A stretch of 63,032 nucleotides of DNA, the filler included, from Folioceros fuciformis (lineage: Eukaryota): the NCBI GenBank assembly GCA_049999805.1. It is 6 parts of 6 records of this genome, joined end to end, with 100 filler letters (N's around TTAATTAATTAA, not from the genome) between each part and the next. Parts side by side here need not be neighbours in the genome. Positions count along the whole stretch, not along the records: positions 43,161 to 52,099 come from JBNGIO010004550.1; positions 52,200 to 59,322 come from JBNGIO010004552.1; positions 59,423 to 63,032 come from JBNGIO010004614.1; 3 more parts are not named here. The stretch is one strand, 5' to 3'. Both the position numbers and the translations under genes were made by a program. The notes beneath the pieces were generated by a model, which worked only from the letters and a program-made list of their open reading frames with translations, did not search any database and was not told the DNA's origin. Positions 48,356-60,839 of the stretch are shown in pieces (within the stretch, counting starts at the first letter, position 1; each line of letters starts with the position of its first letter).

Positions 48356-50380
48356 TGTGGAGTGGAACTTGCACCCAAGAACCACTAAGGGCCACACTTC
48401 CCCCTTACTATCGTCGTAGTACTAGGATTCGCTCCCAAGGGAGTGAACCAGTGTCAAGGTTTTCTACAATCTCCCCCACTCTGCCCTAATCTGATCCTAT
48501 CGATTAGCCGGCTCCTAGACCTAACCACACTAAAGCAAAAAGATCATAACCTTGTCTTCAATACTAGCTACAACCCCAGTTGAATGACGACTCAACATCA
48601 TCTTCAGCTCCCACTCCTAGCTCCGGGTATTAGCCACCTTAGCAGCTGAGAGGAGGTTCCAACCCTGGCCTCAACCTCCATTCTCAGCCCTAAATGCCAG
48701 CGACCTCAGCAGCTGATTGAGAACTTCAGCACCTAAGCTCCTCACCTTAGCACAACAGCTCTCTACTCCAGCACTTCAAGTCTCTACTCTAGCACTTCTC
48801 TAGCACTTCAAACCTCTACTCCAGCACTCCTCCAGCACTTCAAACCTCTACTCCAGCACTTCTCCAACACTTCAAACCTCTAATCCTTCACCATCATGTC
48901 TCACTCCTGGATTTTGAAACACAGCAGCCCCTCACTTGCAGTCTTTGAGGCAGGGATGTGCAGACCCAGGCTGGATGGCCTCCTCGGCCCACAGCCCTGC
49001 AATCTGTTGCCTTGGAAACCCCTTAGGGACGTCAAGGTACCCCAACCACCCAACCAACATGCAAGGGAGGTCAGCCCCTGCGGATCTGGCCACCCAGATC
49101 TCGGCGATTTTGGGAGCCACCACGTTCCCCTAGTGGCATGGGGAATCAAGACCGAGGCACATCTGCACTCTGGGTTAAACCTCTAACTTAGCAGCCTGCA
49201 CACAAGGTCAAGGGAGCTCTCACCAAAAAAGCTGTCATTGCCTAACCAGGTCAGTGCGCCTCAGACAGAACCCTCCACTCGTCAAAACCCTAAACGTAAC
49301 TCCGACCTAATCCTAACCCGACCTAAGAGGGGTTGCCCGCTGCCCCTTGGACTCTGCTAGTTACCCCTTACCATAATCATTAGTGCCTCACAAGACTTCC
49401 TTCTCCCCCATGCATCTCCACAAGTCCTATGATCGCATCTTCAAAATAAACTACTCCGTCTCCCCCAAGCCGTGTGATCCCAAGCTGGTTCCTCACGACC
49501 TTGCCTCCCACGAGCCCTATATAACCTGACAGATATAAGCTGACAGTAGCTCAGGAGCAGGCCTGTCATCCCTGGAGTGTCACTCAGAACATCCCCCATT
49601 TGTTTCCCCTTAACATCAAGCTTAAGGGCAAGCTATTATCATGGCAATCCGCTCTACCACTATCGGGCTTCTAGCAGCTCCCCAGACTTCTTCGTCCTGG
49701 CAAAGCTCGTAGCGACAGCAGGCCCCCACGCCAGACTCCCCTTTGCTAGTCCCTCCCCTGGAGCCACCTTTTGCGACTCCACCTTCACTAACAGTACTTA
49801 GCAAGACCAACCTCCAATTCTAGCTTCGGCCGCGAGGATGTGACTGGTTTCATTCAGGAGAGGCCGGACGACGAGCCTCTATCCCTTCTCATCGCCACTT
49901 AGCACTCACGATTCTCCTTGCAGCCCTACCCAATGGGAGTCTCCAATCCCCAAGCACCAAGCCGTCAATCCGGTCCAACAATCAAATCGGACGCCTCACC
50001 GCTGGCCATCACCTCCGCCTACTATCCTACCACGATCCAGCCAACCTGCTGTCCAGGTCCAATTCGACTACACCGATTTGATGTGCGGCTGCCTGCTGAT
50101 CCGGCCAGCCCCCACCTTGATTCGCCTCGGAGTCGCCTTTAGCCGCTTGGCTTTGATCTAGCCAAACTGCCTGCCTGTTTAACTCCTTGCAGGATTCTAG
50201 TCAGTCATCTTGCCGTCGGCCAGCGCTGGTCTTTGCCAACCGCCGGATCCAATCTCTCGCTGCCCGCTTAGTTCCGTCCTACCTTCAGCCTGCCTGGGTT
50301 CGCTCCAGCATCATCCGCACCCAACCCGGTGACAGCGCCTACCTGTAGCCTGAATCAGCTTGAGGCCCGCTTGGCCTGAA
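48356..50380 (+). mobile_element. Partial copy of the large LTR family (as 53959-58969), inserted in a Copia LTR
   Basis: Starts TGTGGAGTGGAACTTGCACCCAAGAACCAC and is colinear with the reverse complement of the element ending at 58969. Internal ~32-bp repeats at 48760-48890. Confidence 0.75.
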
Positions 50381-50384
50381 GCAA

Positions 50385-51802
50385 AGTGCAGCTTCTCAGG
50401 TGTACTGGTTGAAACAACTGGTGGACTTGAAGATGAAGGAAGGGACGAGGATGTCCGATCATCTGAACGAGTTCAATACCATTTTCAGCCACCTCTCATC
50501 TTAAGGTATCTCGTTCCCAGATTCCCTGAGAGCTATGTTTCTGTTGGTCACAATACCAAAAAGCTGGGACACCTTTCGTACAGCTCTGAGTAATTCCGCT
50601 CCTGCCAGTGGTCTTACCATTGTAAATGTAGAAGGTAGCCTGTTAACAGAGGAGGTGAACAGGAAGAATATGGAACCTTCGAAAGGTTTCAATGCCCTCA
50701 TGGTGAGAGGAAGGTCCACTTCAAAGGGGAAGTACAAGGAGCGAAGTTCTTCCCGTAGTAAATCTCCTAGTCGTAACAATGTTGAGTGTTACCATTGTCA
50801 CAAGAAGGGGCACATCAGGAAGGACTGCGAGAAGTTTAAGAAGGACAAAGGAAAGGAGAAGAAACAAAGCGACAACAAAGCAAGTCCGAGTACCAAGCCT
50901 AACGAGGTGAATTCTGTTGACGATGGAGATGTTCTTATCTCTTCTTCCTTCGATTCTGCACAATTGACAGCCGTGGAGAGTCACTTATTCTCTAATTGGA
51001 TAATTGACTATGGAGCATCTTTCCATGTTACTCCGCATAGGGAGTAGTTTAGCACGTATGATGCTACTAGGAAAGGATGTGTACGGCTTGGAAATAACTA
51101 CGCATGCGAGATTGCAGGCGTTGGTGATGTGCAATTGAAGTTCGACAACGGATCTTCATTCGTATCAAAGGATGTTAGGCATGTTCCCAAGTTGGCTAAG
51201 AGCATGATTAGTGCAGGGCAGTTGGATGACGCTGGCTACCACTGTTGGTTTGGAGATCGTTCTTGGAAGATCTCCAAAGGTTCTCTTGTGTTAGCTCGTG
51301 GATCGAAGTGTGGCACTTTGTACTCACTTCAGGTAACCACTGTCAAGGATCATGTGATTTGTGCAACGGAACAGCCAAGTGTTTCCTTGTGGCATAGTCG
51401 GTTAGGACATATGTCTCAAAAAGGAATGAAGATACTATCTCATTTTGGTTACGTCTTTGCTTTTGACTTCTCCGATTTCTCCGTGTGTGAGCACTGTCTG
51501 TATGGGAAACAGACGAAGTCACCACATGGAGAAAGAGCTAAACACAAAAGTAAACCTCTTGAGTTGGTTCACAGTGACGTTTGTGGACCTATGCCCACTG
51601 TATTGTTAGGCGGTGCATCCTATTTTGTCACTTTCATTGATGATTTCTTACGCAAGGTGTGGGTTTATCCTTTGAGAAAAAAGGATGATGTTCTGATAGT
51701 GTTTCATAAATTCGTCTCCCTTGTGGAGAATAATTCTGGCCTCCGACTGAAGTGTCTAAGGATTGACAATGGGGGAGAGGATGTTTCGAAGGCTTTCAAG
51801 TC
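50385..51802 (+). mobile_element. Second copy of the same Tnt1-like Copia, inverted relative to 46058-48355
   Basis: KQLVDLKMKEG, CYHCHKKGHIRKDC, LWHSRLGHMS and LELVHSDVCGPM; very similar to the minus-strand copy. Confidence 0.9.
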
Positions 51803-52099
51803 TGTGAACGAAAAAAACTTTCAGAACCCCCATTTTGAGCGACGGAATGAGCAGGTTGTGATTTTTTTTTGTGAACGGACAAGCGAATTGGCTTAGTAGG
51901 TGAATAAGACCAGGGTGTTTATACCCAAAGTCCCCCTTGGGCTTCGGGGTTTGGGTTGTACTGGAGACCGGGACAAGGAGGGGAAATGAGCAAGTGCCTC
52001 CTTGGCCCTCGGGTCATTGAGAACATTAAGCACCAGGTCTGTAGGTAGGTGAGTGGGGTATGTCCTTGGCCTTTGGTGGTCCGGGACCCCTTAGGTCTC
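51803..52099 (+). mobile_element. LTR start inserted in a Copia integrase
   Basis: The TG start breaks the frame after SKAFKS. Homologous to 45803-46057. Confidence 0.75.
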
Positions 52100-52589
52100 N
52101 NNNNNNNNNNNNNNNNNNNNNNNNNNNNNNNNNNNNNNNNNNNTTAATTAATTAANNNNNNNNNNNNNNNNNNNNNNNNNNNNNNNNNNNNNNNNNNNNG
52201 ATGAACGTGGAGAACCTAGCAAACAAACTTAAAGAGCAGAATCTGATGGTAACCCACCCAAATACAACCCTATATTATTGTCGCTATGATTGAAAGGCCA
52301 AAATCTCCATGATTTGAACAATAAGACATTCACAAGATAGGCTACATGCCTGTAAGTAGGCGGGGCACACACTTGTGCGCGCCTTGGTATTGTAGTTTAC
52401 TAGAAAAAAGCTGATTTGGAAATGATGTTTGAAGCATGCGTTATATCAATGTCCGCTTTCCTTAGAAAACAGAAGTGTCTAAATTTGCGTAGCAATAGCT
52501 GTCGGCCTTCTCAAACCCTCGAGTTGTAGTAGATCACATTTTTGGAGGGTGGTGCGTTGCCATATGACTGGAGCAAAAGGCAAAAGAAG

Positions 52590-53180
52590 GGTGTGAGGAT
52601 AGACCCGATTTATTTTAGATGCTGTTATGTTAAGGAGCCGACCGTTGTATCAGCCCTGCGTGCATTTCTAGGGTTATGCAATTATTATCGAGTATATATA
52701 GCCAATTTCAGTAGGATTGCCAAGTTCTTCAATGATTTACTGCTCAAGGATGTAGAGTGGATATGGGCATAGCGGGCGCAACAAGCTTTAAACACCTTGA
52801 AGTTGGAGGTGACCTTTGCAGCAATGCTGGCCAGGCCCAATTTTAGCTAGCCCTTTTTAGTTCACATAGATTGGAGTAGTCTAGGTCTAGGGGCTATGCT
52901 GGCTCATTAGGATGAAGCAAGTTGTGAGCGTGTGGTTGCTTACGCCTAATGTAACAATAATTGAGCTGAAGCCAACTACAGCAGCTACAAGGGCAAATGC
53001 CTCACTGCTATGTGGGCTGTGTGCCACTTCAGACCATATTTATATGGTTAGAAGTTCACACTAGTGATGGACCATTTACCACTCAAGTGGTTGATGACCA
53101 ACACCAACCTTAGTGACAAGGTTGCACGTTGGGCCATGATCCTTTAGATTACGAATTCCATGTTGAACATCGGCCATGAT
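52590..53180 (+). mobile_element. Ty3/Gypsy RT-RNase H remnant
   Basis: LRAFLGLCNYYR, PFLVHIDWSSLGLGAML, AEANYSSYKGKCL and FTLVMDHLPLKWL, with many stops. Confidence 0.9.
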
Positions 53181-53380
53181 GGATGAGCATGGGCCATTTT
53201 AGGGTCAAACGCACCTACAACCCGCTGACCCCTTGTTTCTACTAGCATCGGATGTATGAACAAGTGAAGCAATAGGTAGCATGTTGCGAGCAATGCGATT
53301 GTGTCAAGGCTTCCTTCACCATGCGGCACCCAGAGCTGCACTCTTTGCCCATCATGGGTTTTTTCTTTAGATGGTCATAA

Positions 53381-53958
53381 TTATATTGTGTATTGTAGGT
53401 TGCCATATGAAAAGGCCGTTTTTATATCTAATTGCATCAACTCATAATCATGGTAAAATGCTAATGCTATAAGGCTTCTAAGTGATGTAATTTTGAGTAT
53501 CGGGCTAAAAGTTTCATCATAATCAAACCCATGCTGCTGAGAATAATCCTTAGCTACTAACCTAGCCTTATACCCCTCTATGTTGCCGTCTCCATTTAGC
53601 TTGATCTTAAATGTCCAATTGGAGCCCACTAATTTTCTTTCTAGAGGTAAAGTGGTAAGAGTCCACGTTTCGTTAGCCCTTACTGAGTCCAGTTTTGATT
53701 TAATGGCAATTTTCCAATTTCCCCTTTTCTGTACATATAATAGCCTCATGATAAGTGGCAGGTACGAATTGATTAATAGCCGTACATAAACAATGTGCTA
53801 AATTCATTTTAGGGTCCTTTCAGTTGGATGAAGAATACCTTTGTATAGTATCTGCATACGTATGTCGTGTGTACTTATTGGGCCTAGAATCCACATGCTC
53901 GTTATCCTCATCATATGAGGTATCTAGCCGAGGTTGAGCGCCCAATCCCGCGGAGTAC
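53381..53958 (-). mobile_element. Copia RT remnant, host of the 5-kb insertion; continues at 58970
   Basis: GSNWTFKIKLNGDGNIEGYKARLVAK...FDYDETFSP...QLDIKTAF. Confidence 0.85.
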
Positions 53959-56900
53959 TGTGGACTCCACATGCTGAACAGGTCCCTGGAAAATTGTAGG
54001 ATTTCTTTTTTTGGAATCTCCGAGTGAATCTTGTAGTGAAATAGTTAGAACATTAGGTTAGATTAGTAGCTAGATTAATGGTGAGTCGAAAGGGTCCAGG
54101 CTAGGCGGGTGGTGCAAGATCCAATCAGCGAGGCAGGTCGAGTTGGATTTGGAGGCTGCAAGGCAGGTGGCCAGCGTTAGTAGGGGTCGATTGGTTGCCC
54201 GACTCCGGAGCCGGGTTGGTAGCGGCTGAGATGGGCTGGCATGGGCAGGGACCCTGCAGGAAGATAGCCAGCAGTCCAGCTCGAGCACCATGTGGCAAGC
54301 AGGATAACCAGGCCAGACCCGAGTTGGGGACTTGGCCGGGATCAACGGCAGGTGGGCTGGCCTGCTACTGGGATGGATCCCAACAGGCGGTCGACTACCA
54401 TGAGGGAGACCGGCCAGTCAACAGCAGGGCAGCAGCCCGGGGCCGGTCGGGATGGCAAGCGGATCTGATTGGCAATAGATAGGTAGCCTGGCCGGGGCGG
54501 AAAACAGGCTGGCGGCCGGAAGAGTTAGCCAGGCCCGAGCAGGCCTGGCGGATCGAACGAGATCAGCCAGGAAGCGACCCGGCTGAACTGGGCCATGGCG
54601 GTTTGGCAGGATGGTTGTACCGCTGCGCTGGATCCAAGTTGGTAGGCCTCGGNNNNNNNNNNNNNNNNNNNNNNNNNNNNNNNNNNNNNNNNNNNNNNNN
54701 NNNNNNNNNNNNNNNNNNNNNNNNNNNNNNNNNNNNNNNNNNNNNNNNNNNNCCGACTGGTGGTGATTAGCTAGCCAGGGGCTGGGCCGAAGCAGGTCGG
54801 CGGGCCAGTTTGGCCGGGCTGATCGATCGGGCAGACTGGTCAGGCAAACTGGATACATTTGGGGTTGGGCTGAGGTTCCAGCAACGTCCGTGGCTGGTAG
54901 GTGGATCCAGCCGGGCAGCCAGGCAGCCGGCTAGCCAAGGGAGGATTTGGCAGCCACCAGGTAGGCGACCTGGCTGCTGGCATGGCCAGATCCAGGCCGG
55001 GACGGGCCGGCGCAAGCAGGCTGAGCAGGAGGCATGCAGTGGGAGTCTGGCTGGGCCGGGGGTGGCAAAGCGCGGCCGAACCCAGGCTGGGCAGGGATTC
55101 TGGCTGGGAGGACGGCCCAGTAAGCAGCCTGGTGGCTAGCCGCCTGTCCAGATCCGGGCGGGCGTTCCGGCGGAATCCAGCCAACAGAAGACCGACCAAG
55201 CAGGTGGAAGCAGGCTGGCCGGCTGAGGCGGATCCGAAGGCCAGATTGGTGGCGTGCTGGCTGGCTGACCCTAGAGACAACTGGTGCCTGGCTAAGCAAA
55301 AACTGGTGAGGCTGTTGGATCTGGTTGGGTCGGGGCCAAGCGGCTGGTGGAACGAGGTAGCCCGGCCGAGGCAGAAACTGGGAGGAATGGATTAGGCCGG
55401 GTTGGTGACGGGATGGATCTAGGCGGCTGGCGACTGGCTAAGGAGGCAGACCAGGCACCGGCCCAGACTTCATGGGGCGTGCCAGACTGGCGATGGACGG
55501 CCTAGACGGTAGAGGAGGGAGCCAGGACAAGGGAACCAGCTCAGGTGACGGAGGCCAGATCGGGCCGATAGTAGGAAGGTACCCGGCTTGCAGGAGCTGA
55601 TCGGAGTAGATGAGGCAACGCTAGGCAGGTCGCGGGGACGCTGCTAGACCTGGCCATGGGCTGGCAAACCAGGCGCCATCGGCAAGGCAAGTGCTGGAGG
55701 CTGGCCGGTTTGATGGGGCTACAAGAGGATGAGACAAGGAGGGAGTCCAGGCCGGAAGGGAGCCTGGCTGGTGGCGGCTAGTCGAAGAGCCTAGCCATAG
55801 AAGATCCAGCAAAGTTCGCCATAGCTGGATCGGGACCGGGGTGGTCTCTGGAGGCGTGGGGGCTGCTGGGGGGCCGTGCGCGCTAGCCGCACCCCTCGAT
55901 TGCCTTAGCCAGATCTCGTTTCTTGTTAGGACGGGGTCTCGGTGGTATCTTAGGCTTGTGGTGTCCAAGGAGGGTCGGGATGGAATCATGACGCACCGGG
56001 TTCTGTCCACGGCTGTAAAGCTGGACCGGGCACCTTGCAAGTGCAGGGTCTTCGAGGACAACCCTCGCAGAATCGCTGCCACCCACAACTGCAGTATGAG
56101 GGCCGTGGGCCTTATCGGTTTCCATCCTACCTATGAGCTCAAGCAGGGGACATCACCATGGGGAGCTTCACGGAGCTGTCGGTCATCAACCTGCGTCGCC
56201 TGTTCACCAACAAAGATACTGAGGGCCGGCTGGTAGGGTGGCTGGATGCTGAGGAGACTAACCAGCAGCCCATCCCGACCCAGCCCAGGGAGGCAACAAA
56301 AGGCTACGGACTGGCTACCTAGCCAATCTAGGTTGGGGCACGTCGGGATGGGTTTATGGTGAGCTAACTGGACCCATCAGCTGGGACAGTTGCAGTTTGG
56401 CTAGAAGCAGAGCGAGAGGAGTCACGGCGTGCTGGCCGAATTCAGGCGGTGGCTGAGGATAAGCTGTCGAATTCGAGAGCACCCAGGCATGGATGAACTC
56501 GCACTTAGGCACTGCAAACCAAGGGGAGTGGCTTGTTTCAAATCCCGGTCAAACCAGGTGTAGTGCAGATCAGCTCCCCCCTCATCGGCGGTTCTGTATG
56601 GACATTCGTTCGGGCTGGACAGAAGGGTCTCGACCGGATCTAGCAGCCAAAGACTAGCCAGATGGCTGGTTGGAAAGCCAGCAGGCCCAACAGCCGAGTA
56701 GGTGACTGCCCAGAGGCAAGACAGGGGAGTGTCCCGAGGGACACTCCAAGGATGACAACTTGACCCTGAGGCACTGGTTGTAGGCTACCGTCAAGCATAC
56801 GGCTTTTCATCAGCGGGCAGTGGGTTGGAATAGACTTGCTATCGCAGGCAGAGAGCCTGATGCTAATTACGGCGATGACGGGTGACGGGTCCTATGCTAG

Positions 56901-58969
56901 GACGCATTGCCATCCGCTTAAGGGCACCAGACCAGCAGCTTGGAGGGTGCCCAGCCAAGGACATAGGTGGCACTTGGCTTTCCATCCATTAGTAGCAACC
57001 CTGGTTGCTTGTAGGCAGAAGGTCTAGCATAGGTGTGCTACTAGTGGTGGGAAGCCTAGTGGTGGTTATGTTGACAGGGTGGCGGATGTCGATGCCAGTG
57101 TCCAACTTGCAGGGCCCTTATTTAGGAGCACTTGGTGGACAGGTTGCCGGGACAGGAGTCTTGGCCAGCCATGACCAGCAGGATGGAGGGAAGGGCCTGA
57201 AGGTGGAAGACTTCGAAGAATGCAGGATGATAAGAGGGGAGGAGATGATCTGATCCGGGAGAGGAGAGGGGTGTTGAGAAGCACCCCTGATTTTTGGTAG
57301 ATGGGAGGGGCTGATAATTTTGGATAGAGGGCAGCTAACCGTGACAAGGGGTAACGCGCAATTAGAAGCAGGGGTAGGCTAGAGTTAGGGTTCTTGGTTG
57401 GGATTAAGTCGAGGTCAGACCTAGGTTAGGTCGAGGTCAGACCTAGGTTAGGTCGAGGTCAGACCTAGGTTAGGTCGAGGTCAGACCTAGGTTAGGTNNN
57501 NNNNNNNTAGGTCGAGGTCAGACCTAGGTTAGGTTTAGGTCGAGGTCAGACCTACGTTAGGTTTAGGTCGAGGTCAGACCTAGGTTAGGTTTAGGTCGAG
57601 GTCAGACCTAGGTTAGGTTTAGGTCGAGGTCAGACCTAGGTTAGGTTTAGGTCGAGGCCAGACCTAGGTTAGGTCTAGGTTAGACTTAGGTTAGGTCTAG
57701 GTTAGACTTAGGTTAGGTTTAGGTCTAGGTTAGACTTAGGTTAGGTTTAGGTCTGGGTTAGACTTAGGTTAGGTTTAGGTCTGGGTTAGACTTAGGTTAG
57801 GTCTAGGTCTGCGTTAGACTTAGGTTAGGTCTAGGTCTGGGTTAGACTTAGGTTAGGTCGAGGCCAGACCTAGGTTAGGTTTAGGTCGAGGCCAGACCTA
57901 GGTTAGGTTTAGGTCGAGGCCAGACCTAGGTTAGGTTTAGGTCTGGGTTAGACTTAGATTAGGTCTAGGTCAAACCTAGGTTAGGTTTAGGTCTGGGTTA
58001 GACTTAGGTTAGGTCTAGGTCAAACCTAGGCTAGATTTAGGTCTGGGTTAGACTTAGGTTAGGTTTAGGTCAGCTCCGAGTTAGGTCAGACCTAGATTGG
58101 GTAGGGTAGGTCATACCTAGGTCAGGTTTAGGTCAGAACTGGGTGCAAGATGGTTTAGGGCAGAGAAAGGTGGTTAGGTAGTTGATTCAGGTTAACCCTA
58201 GTAGACAGAGATGGAGGGTTAGGCAGTACAAGAGGGGAGACATGCCATTAAGAGGGGGGGTCTACGGTGTATTTCCCTTGACCTTGTGTGCAAAACTCCC
58301 GGCCTAGGGTGCTGAGCCGGTTTGAGACTGAACCGAGGTTCTGATTCCCCTTGCCATTAGGGGAATGTGGAGGATCCCAAGATTGCCGAGATCCGTGTGG
58401 CCGAATCCATAAGGGCTGAATGTTTTACAGGCTGGTTGAAGTGAAGTGATAGGACCGTGAGCCAGGAGGGCCATCCAGTCCTTGTATCCACACCATGCTT
58501 GAAGGCTGCAAGGAGTGAGGCTGTTGTGTCCCAATTTCCCGAGGATAGCTGAAGCGGCTGTTGTGTCCCAATTTCCCGAGGATAGCTGAAGCAAAGAAAG
58601 GGAGAGCTGGAGTGAAGTGCAGTGAAGTGAAGAGTGAGTTGCTGAGGTGCAGGAGTGTGTGCTGAAGTGAAGGGTGAATGACTGAAGTGGAGAAGGGAGG
58701 ACTGAAGTGGGAATCATGAAGAACTGAAAGACTGAAGAGCTAGAGTGTGAGTTTTGTGGGTTGATCTGAAGATAGGCTAGGATTCTGGCCTTTTTGCTGG
58801 TGTGTGTGGTCAGGCCTAGAGACCGGCTGATAGGTAGAAGTGTGAATAGACAGTCGTAGGTGTTCCTTGACACTAGTTCACTCCCTTGGGAGCGAATCAT
58901 AGGACTACAATGACAATAAGAGAAAGTGTGGCCCTTTGGTGGTTCTTGGGTGCAAGGAATCACTCCACA
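53959..58969. mobile_element. ~5-kb probable solo LTR (TGTGGA...TCCACA, TSD AGTAC)
   Basis: AGTAC at 53954-53958 and 58970-58974, a 6-bp terminal inverted repeat, no recognisable coding domain and no internal terminal direct repeats seen. Confidence 0.8.
57405..58140. repeat. Satellite of 22/28-bp units built from AGGTY(N) subunits
   Basis: aggtcgaggtcagacctaggtt (22-mer), then the same plus aggttt (28-mer), then aggtctgggttagactt variants. Confidence 0.95.
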
Positions 58970-59422
58970 AGTACCTATGTTGAGATAGCGAGAAGATGCG
59001 TCCCATCTCCACGTTGTCGAGCTAAGGGTGAAGGCTGAGATCGCGAGTGCGATAATTTGGTTGATGTGCGCCTTGAGTGGTAGCCCAATGAGGAGCAATC
59101 CGATGGGAGCTGTCGTCATCATCCTCCTCGCCCAGATTGTCTCCTCTAGTAGGCTATGAGCAATGGCGAAGGCTGGAGGGCGCGGGCTGCATGGCTGGTA
59201 AGGAGGCGATCTCCTCCTCGTCGAAGTCGCCAAAGATGTGATGAGAATCATTTCATGCTCTAAGATATGCTTACATTACTTATGTTGCTTGGAGCAAATG
59301 TTTTTATAGTACAAACGGTTATNNNNNNNNNNNNNNNNNNNNNNNNNNNNNNNNNNNNNNNNNNNNTTAATTAATTAANNNNNNNNNNNNNNNNNNNNNN
59401 NNNNNNNNNNNNNNNNNNNNNN

Positions 59423-60739
59423 TCGTCAGGCTGAACACCGGCAGCTAACATCTCCTCAAAACAAGCTAGCGCCTTGCGACCTTCATCACAAGCACCATAC
59501 CCAGCAATCAGAGCTGTCCATGTAACCACATTCTTTGTGTTCATGCTGTCAAAAACCTGGCGGGCATATTCCACCTCACCACATTTTGCATACATGTCCA
59601 CCAGGCAGGTTCCCACCACTACCTCGTCCAGCACACCTCTGTTGACAATCTGTGAGTGCAGCTCCCTTCCCTTCTGCAAGGCACCAGTGCTTCCACACGC
59701 CTTCAGAAGGCACGCAAAAGTAACATCATTAGCCAAAACGAGGCCTGCCTCCTCCATCTGTCCATACACAACAAGCGCCTCTTCGCCGAGTCCTTGCTGT
59801 GCATACCCAGCGATCATGGCTGTCCAAGTCACCACATCCTTCGAGACCATGCCGTCAAAAACCTGGCGGGCACATTCCAGCTCACCACATTTTGCATACA
59901 TATCCAACAGGTGGTTTCCCACCACTATATTATCCAGCAGTTTTCTCTTGACAATCTGTGAGTGAAGCTCCTTGCCCTTCTGCAAGGCACCAGTGCTTCC
60001 ACACGCCTTCAGAATGCAAGCAAAAGTAACATCATCAGCCAAAACGCAACCTGCCTCCTCCATCTGTGCATACACAACAAGCGCCTCTTGCCCGAGCCCT
60101 TGCTGTGCATACCCAGCAATCAGGGCGGTCCATGTCACCACATTCTTTGTGTTCATGCTGTCGAAAACCTGGCGTGCATCTTCCATGTGGCCACATTTTG
60201 CATACATGTCCACCAGGCAGTTTCCCACCACTATATCATCCATCAGCTCCCTCTTGACAATCTGTGAGTGGAGCTCCCTGCCCTTCTGCAAGGAACCAGT
60301 GCTTCCACACGCCTTCAGAAGGCACGCAAAAGTAACACCGTCAGCAAACACGAGGCCCGCCTCCTCCATTTGTGCATACACAACAAGCGCCTCTTGGCCG
60401 AGTCCTTGCTGTGCATACCCAGCGATCAGGGCCGTCCATGTCACCACATCCTTCGTGGCCATGCTGTCAAAAACCTGGCGTGCATATTCCAGCTCACCAC
60501 ATTTTGCATACATGTCCACCAGGCAGTTTCCCACCACTACATCACCCAGCAGTTCTCTCTTCACAATCTGTGAGTGGAGCTCCCTGCCCTTCTGCAAGGC
60601 ACCAGTGCTTCCACACGCCTTCAGAAGGCACGCAAAAGTAACACCGTCAGCAAACACGAGGCCCGCCTCCTCCATTTGTGCATACACAACAAGCGCCTCT
60701 TGGCCGAGTCCTTGCTGTGCATACCCAGCGATCAGGGCC
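59423..60739 (-). CDS. PLS-class PPR array (306-bp P-L-S triplets) ending in a P2-like motif; C-terminus lost at the linker
   Basis: VVTWTALIAGYAQQG / GVTFACLLKACGSTG / VVGNCLVDMYAKCG repeats; final motif ALIAGYGACDEGRKALACFEEMLAAGVQPD. Confidence 0.95.
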
Positions 60740-60839
60740 NNNNNNNNNNNNNNNNNNNNNNNNNNNNNNNNNNNNNNNNNNNNNNNNNNNNNNNNNNNNN
60801 NNNNNNNNNNNNNNNNNNNNNNNNNNNNNNNNNNNNNNN

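Noticed and set aside
54070-57347. Many overlapping 80-165 aa ORFs
   Set aside because: GC-rich low-complexity LTR sequence, with ORFs on both strands and no recognisable motifs.
57405-58140. True telomere or interstitial telomeric array
   Set aside because: No runs of TTTAGGG or TTAGGG; the units are 22-28-bp composites inside an LTR.
58304-59251. 315-aa minus-strand ORF
   Set aside because: It runs across the insertion junction at 58969 from the Copia linker into the LTR, so it is a chance chimera.
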